Made by a program: the position numbers and the translations under genes | The notes under the pieces: generated by a model | The model's database searches: none | Told to the model about the DNA's origin: nothing | Seen by the model: the letters and a program-made list of their open reading frames with translations, nothing else | Part shown: positions 63,692 through 64,000 of the stretch, in pieces | How the letters are laid out: each line of letters starts with the position of its first letter | How positions within the stretch are numbered: the stretch's first letter is position 1 | Assembly: GCA_016207275.1 (NCBI GenBank) | Contig: JACQPY010000013.1 | Location: 90,583-154,582 of the forward strand | Length of the DNA stretch: 64,000 nucleotides | DNA from: Candidatus Kerfeldbacteria bacterium | GTDB taxonomy: Bacteria; Patescibacteriota; Patescibacteriia; SBBC01 | Reading direction: 5' to 3'

Positions 63692-64000
63692 TTACGAAGC
63701 GGCCTCTTCGCGGCCGAGGGCGCGGCCGCCGAACGACTGGAGGGCCTGATCCCACGCGCCATCGCCTGCTGCCGTCGCCGGAGTGGCATCACTGGAGGGC
63801 AAGGCTGCTGCTGGTTTGACCGCGGCCTCAATGCCCAACGATCGGCCAAGAACGCCGGACAAAGCAGCTTCGATGATTGCCCGATTCTTTGTTTCCATCA
63901 CCCGTTCGCAATGGAAAGCGAACGCAAAGGTCAGCTGCACGTGTCCATTAACTATGCCACGCGGCGTCGCCGTTTTCAAGAGGACCGCGACCGAGGGATT
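63692..64000 (-). CDS. Partial CDS (C-terminal about 100 aa; N-terminus beyond the window), unknown function
   Basis: The ORF is open to the window edge on the minus strand (...NPSVAVLLKTATPRGIVNGHVQLTFAFAFHCERVMETKNRAIIEAALSGVLGRSLGIEAAV...). Confidence 0.35.
   Translation of the reverse strand, partial: NPSVAVLLKTATPRGIVNGHVQLTFAFAFHCERVMETKNRAIIEAALSGVLGRSLGIEAAVKPAAALPSSDATPATAAGDGAWDQALQSFGGRALGREEAAS

Noticed and set aside
1-64000. Mobile elements, prophage, CRISPR-Cas, toxin-antitoxin or defence islands.
   Set aside because: - No transposase, integrase, recombinase, Cas, restriction-modification, abortive-infection or phage structural gene signatures were found in any of the six frames.
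- The only horizontal-transfer-flavoured gene, the VirD4-like ATPase, lacks all companion conjugation genes.
- The single tRNA has no adjacent integrase within the window.

Overview
This 64-kb window is about 60% GC, gene-dense and almost entirely coding, mostly on the minus strand. I found no rRNA, CRISPR array, transposase, integrase or phage genes. The contents are core housekeeping genes plus cell-envelope modules.

- **Left edge to ~8.5 kb:** a truncated msrA, a few small unknown genes, a GHMP-family kinase with an extra C-terminal domain, and a polysaccharide module (two ABC-2 permeases, a GT4–GT2 fusion glycosyltransferase, a Wzx-like flippase).
- **8.6–14.5 kb:** a ribosomal 'alpha-operon' block, rpsI-rplM-rplQ-rpoA-rpsD-rpsK-rpsM-rpmJ-infA. 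rpmJ was not in the ORF track and I translated it by hand. rpoA ends after its N-terminal domain. alaS and mnmA follow.
- **15.6–20.8 kb:** an orphan BtuF-like binding protein, then a three-gene operon with a near-consensus promoter and a palindrome over its -35. It encodes a sigma-70 region-4 / HARE-HTH protein, a large single-pass membrane protein and a soluble VirD4/TraG-like ATPase. This is the best candidate for an undescribed system.
- **20.9–34.9 kb:** secF, secD, an L,D-transpeptidase carrying FG-GAP-like repeats, secA, hpf, and a compact peptidoglycan block: a MurG–MurB fusion, ftsW, a PgeF(YfiH)–MurD fusion, mraY.
- **34.9–42.4 kb (plus strand):** a GT39/PMT-like glycosyltransferase, a type IV pilus operon (pilB-pilC-pilM-pilN-pilO) with a canonical promoter, and rpmA.
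- **42.4–58.8 kb:** pyrG, rplI, acyP, ctpA, murA, a PEGA-domain protein, then a nucleotide-sugar and methyl-cycle island (rmlA, rmlD, rmlB, ahcY, a PfkB kinase, an RmlC-like cupin, ugd, metK, uxs, a GT2 synthase, gtrA).
- **58.8–64 kb:** a large S8 subtilisin-like protease with a C-terminal FG-GAP array from the same repeat family as the transpeptidase, an HtrA-like protease, a membrane protein, tRNA-Gln(CUG), and a partial CDS at the right edge.

The gene fusions, N-terminal extensions on ribosomal proteins, the CTD-less rpoA and the short alaS are consistent with a small-genome lineage, possibly Patescibacteria/CPR-like. That is inference only. All calls come from reading the sequence and ORF translations; no database search was run.
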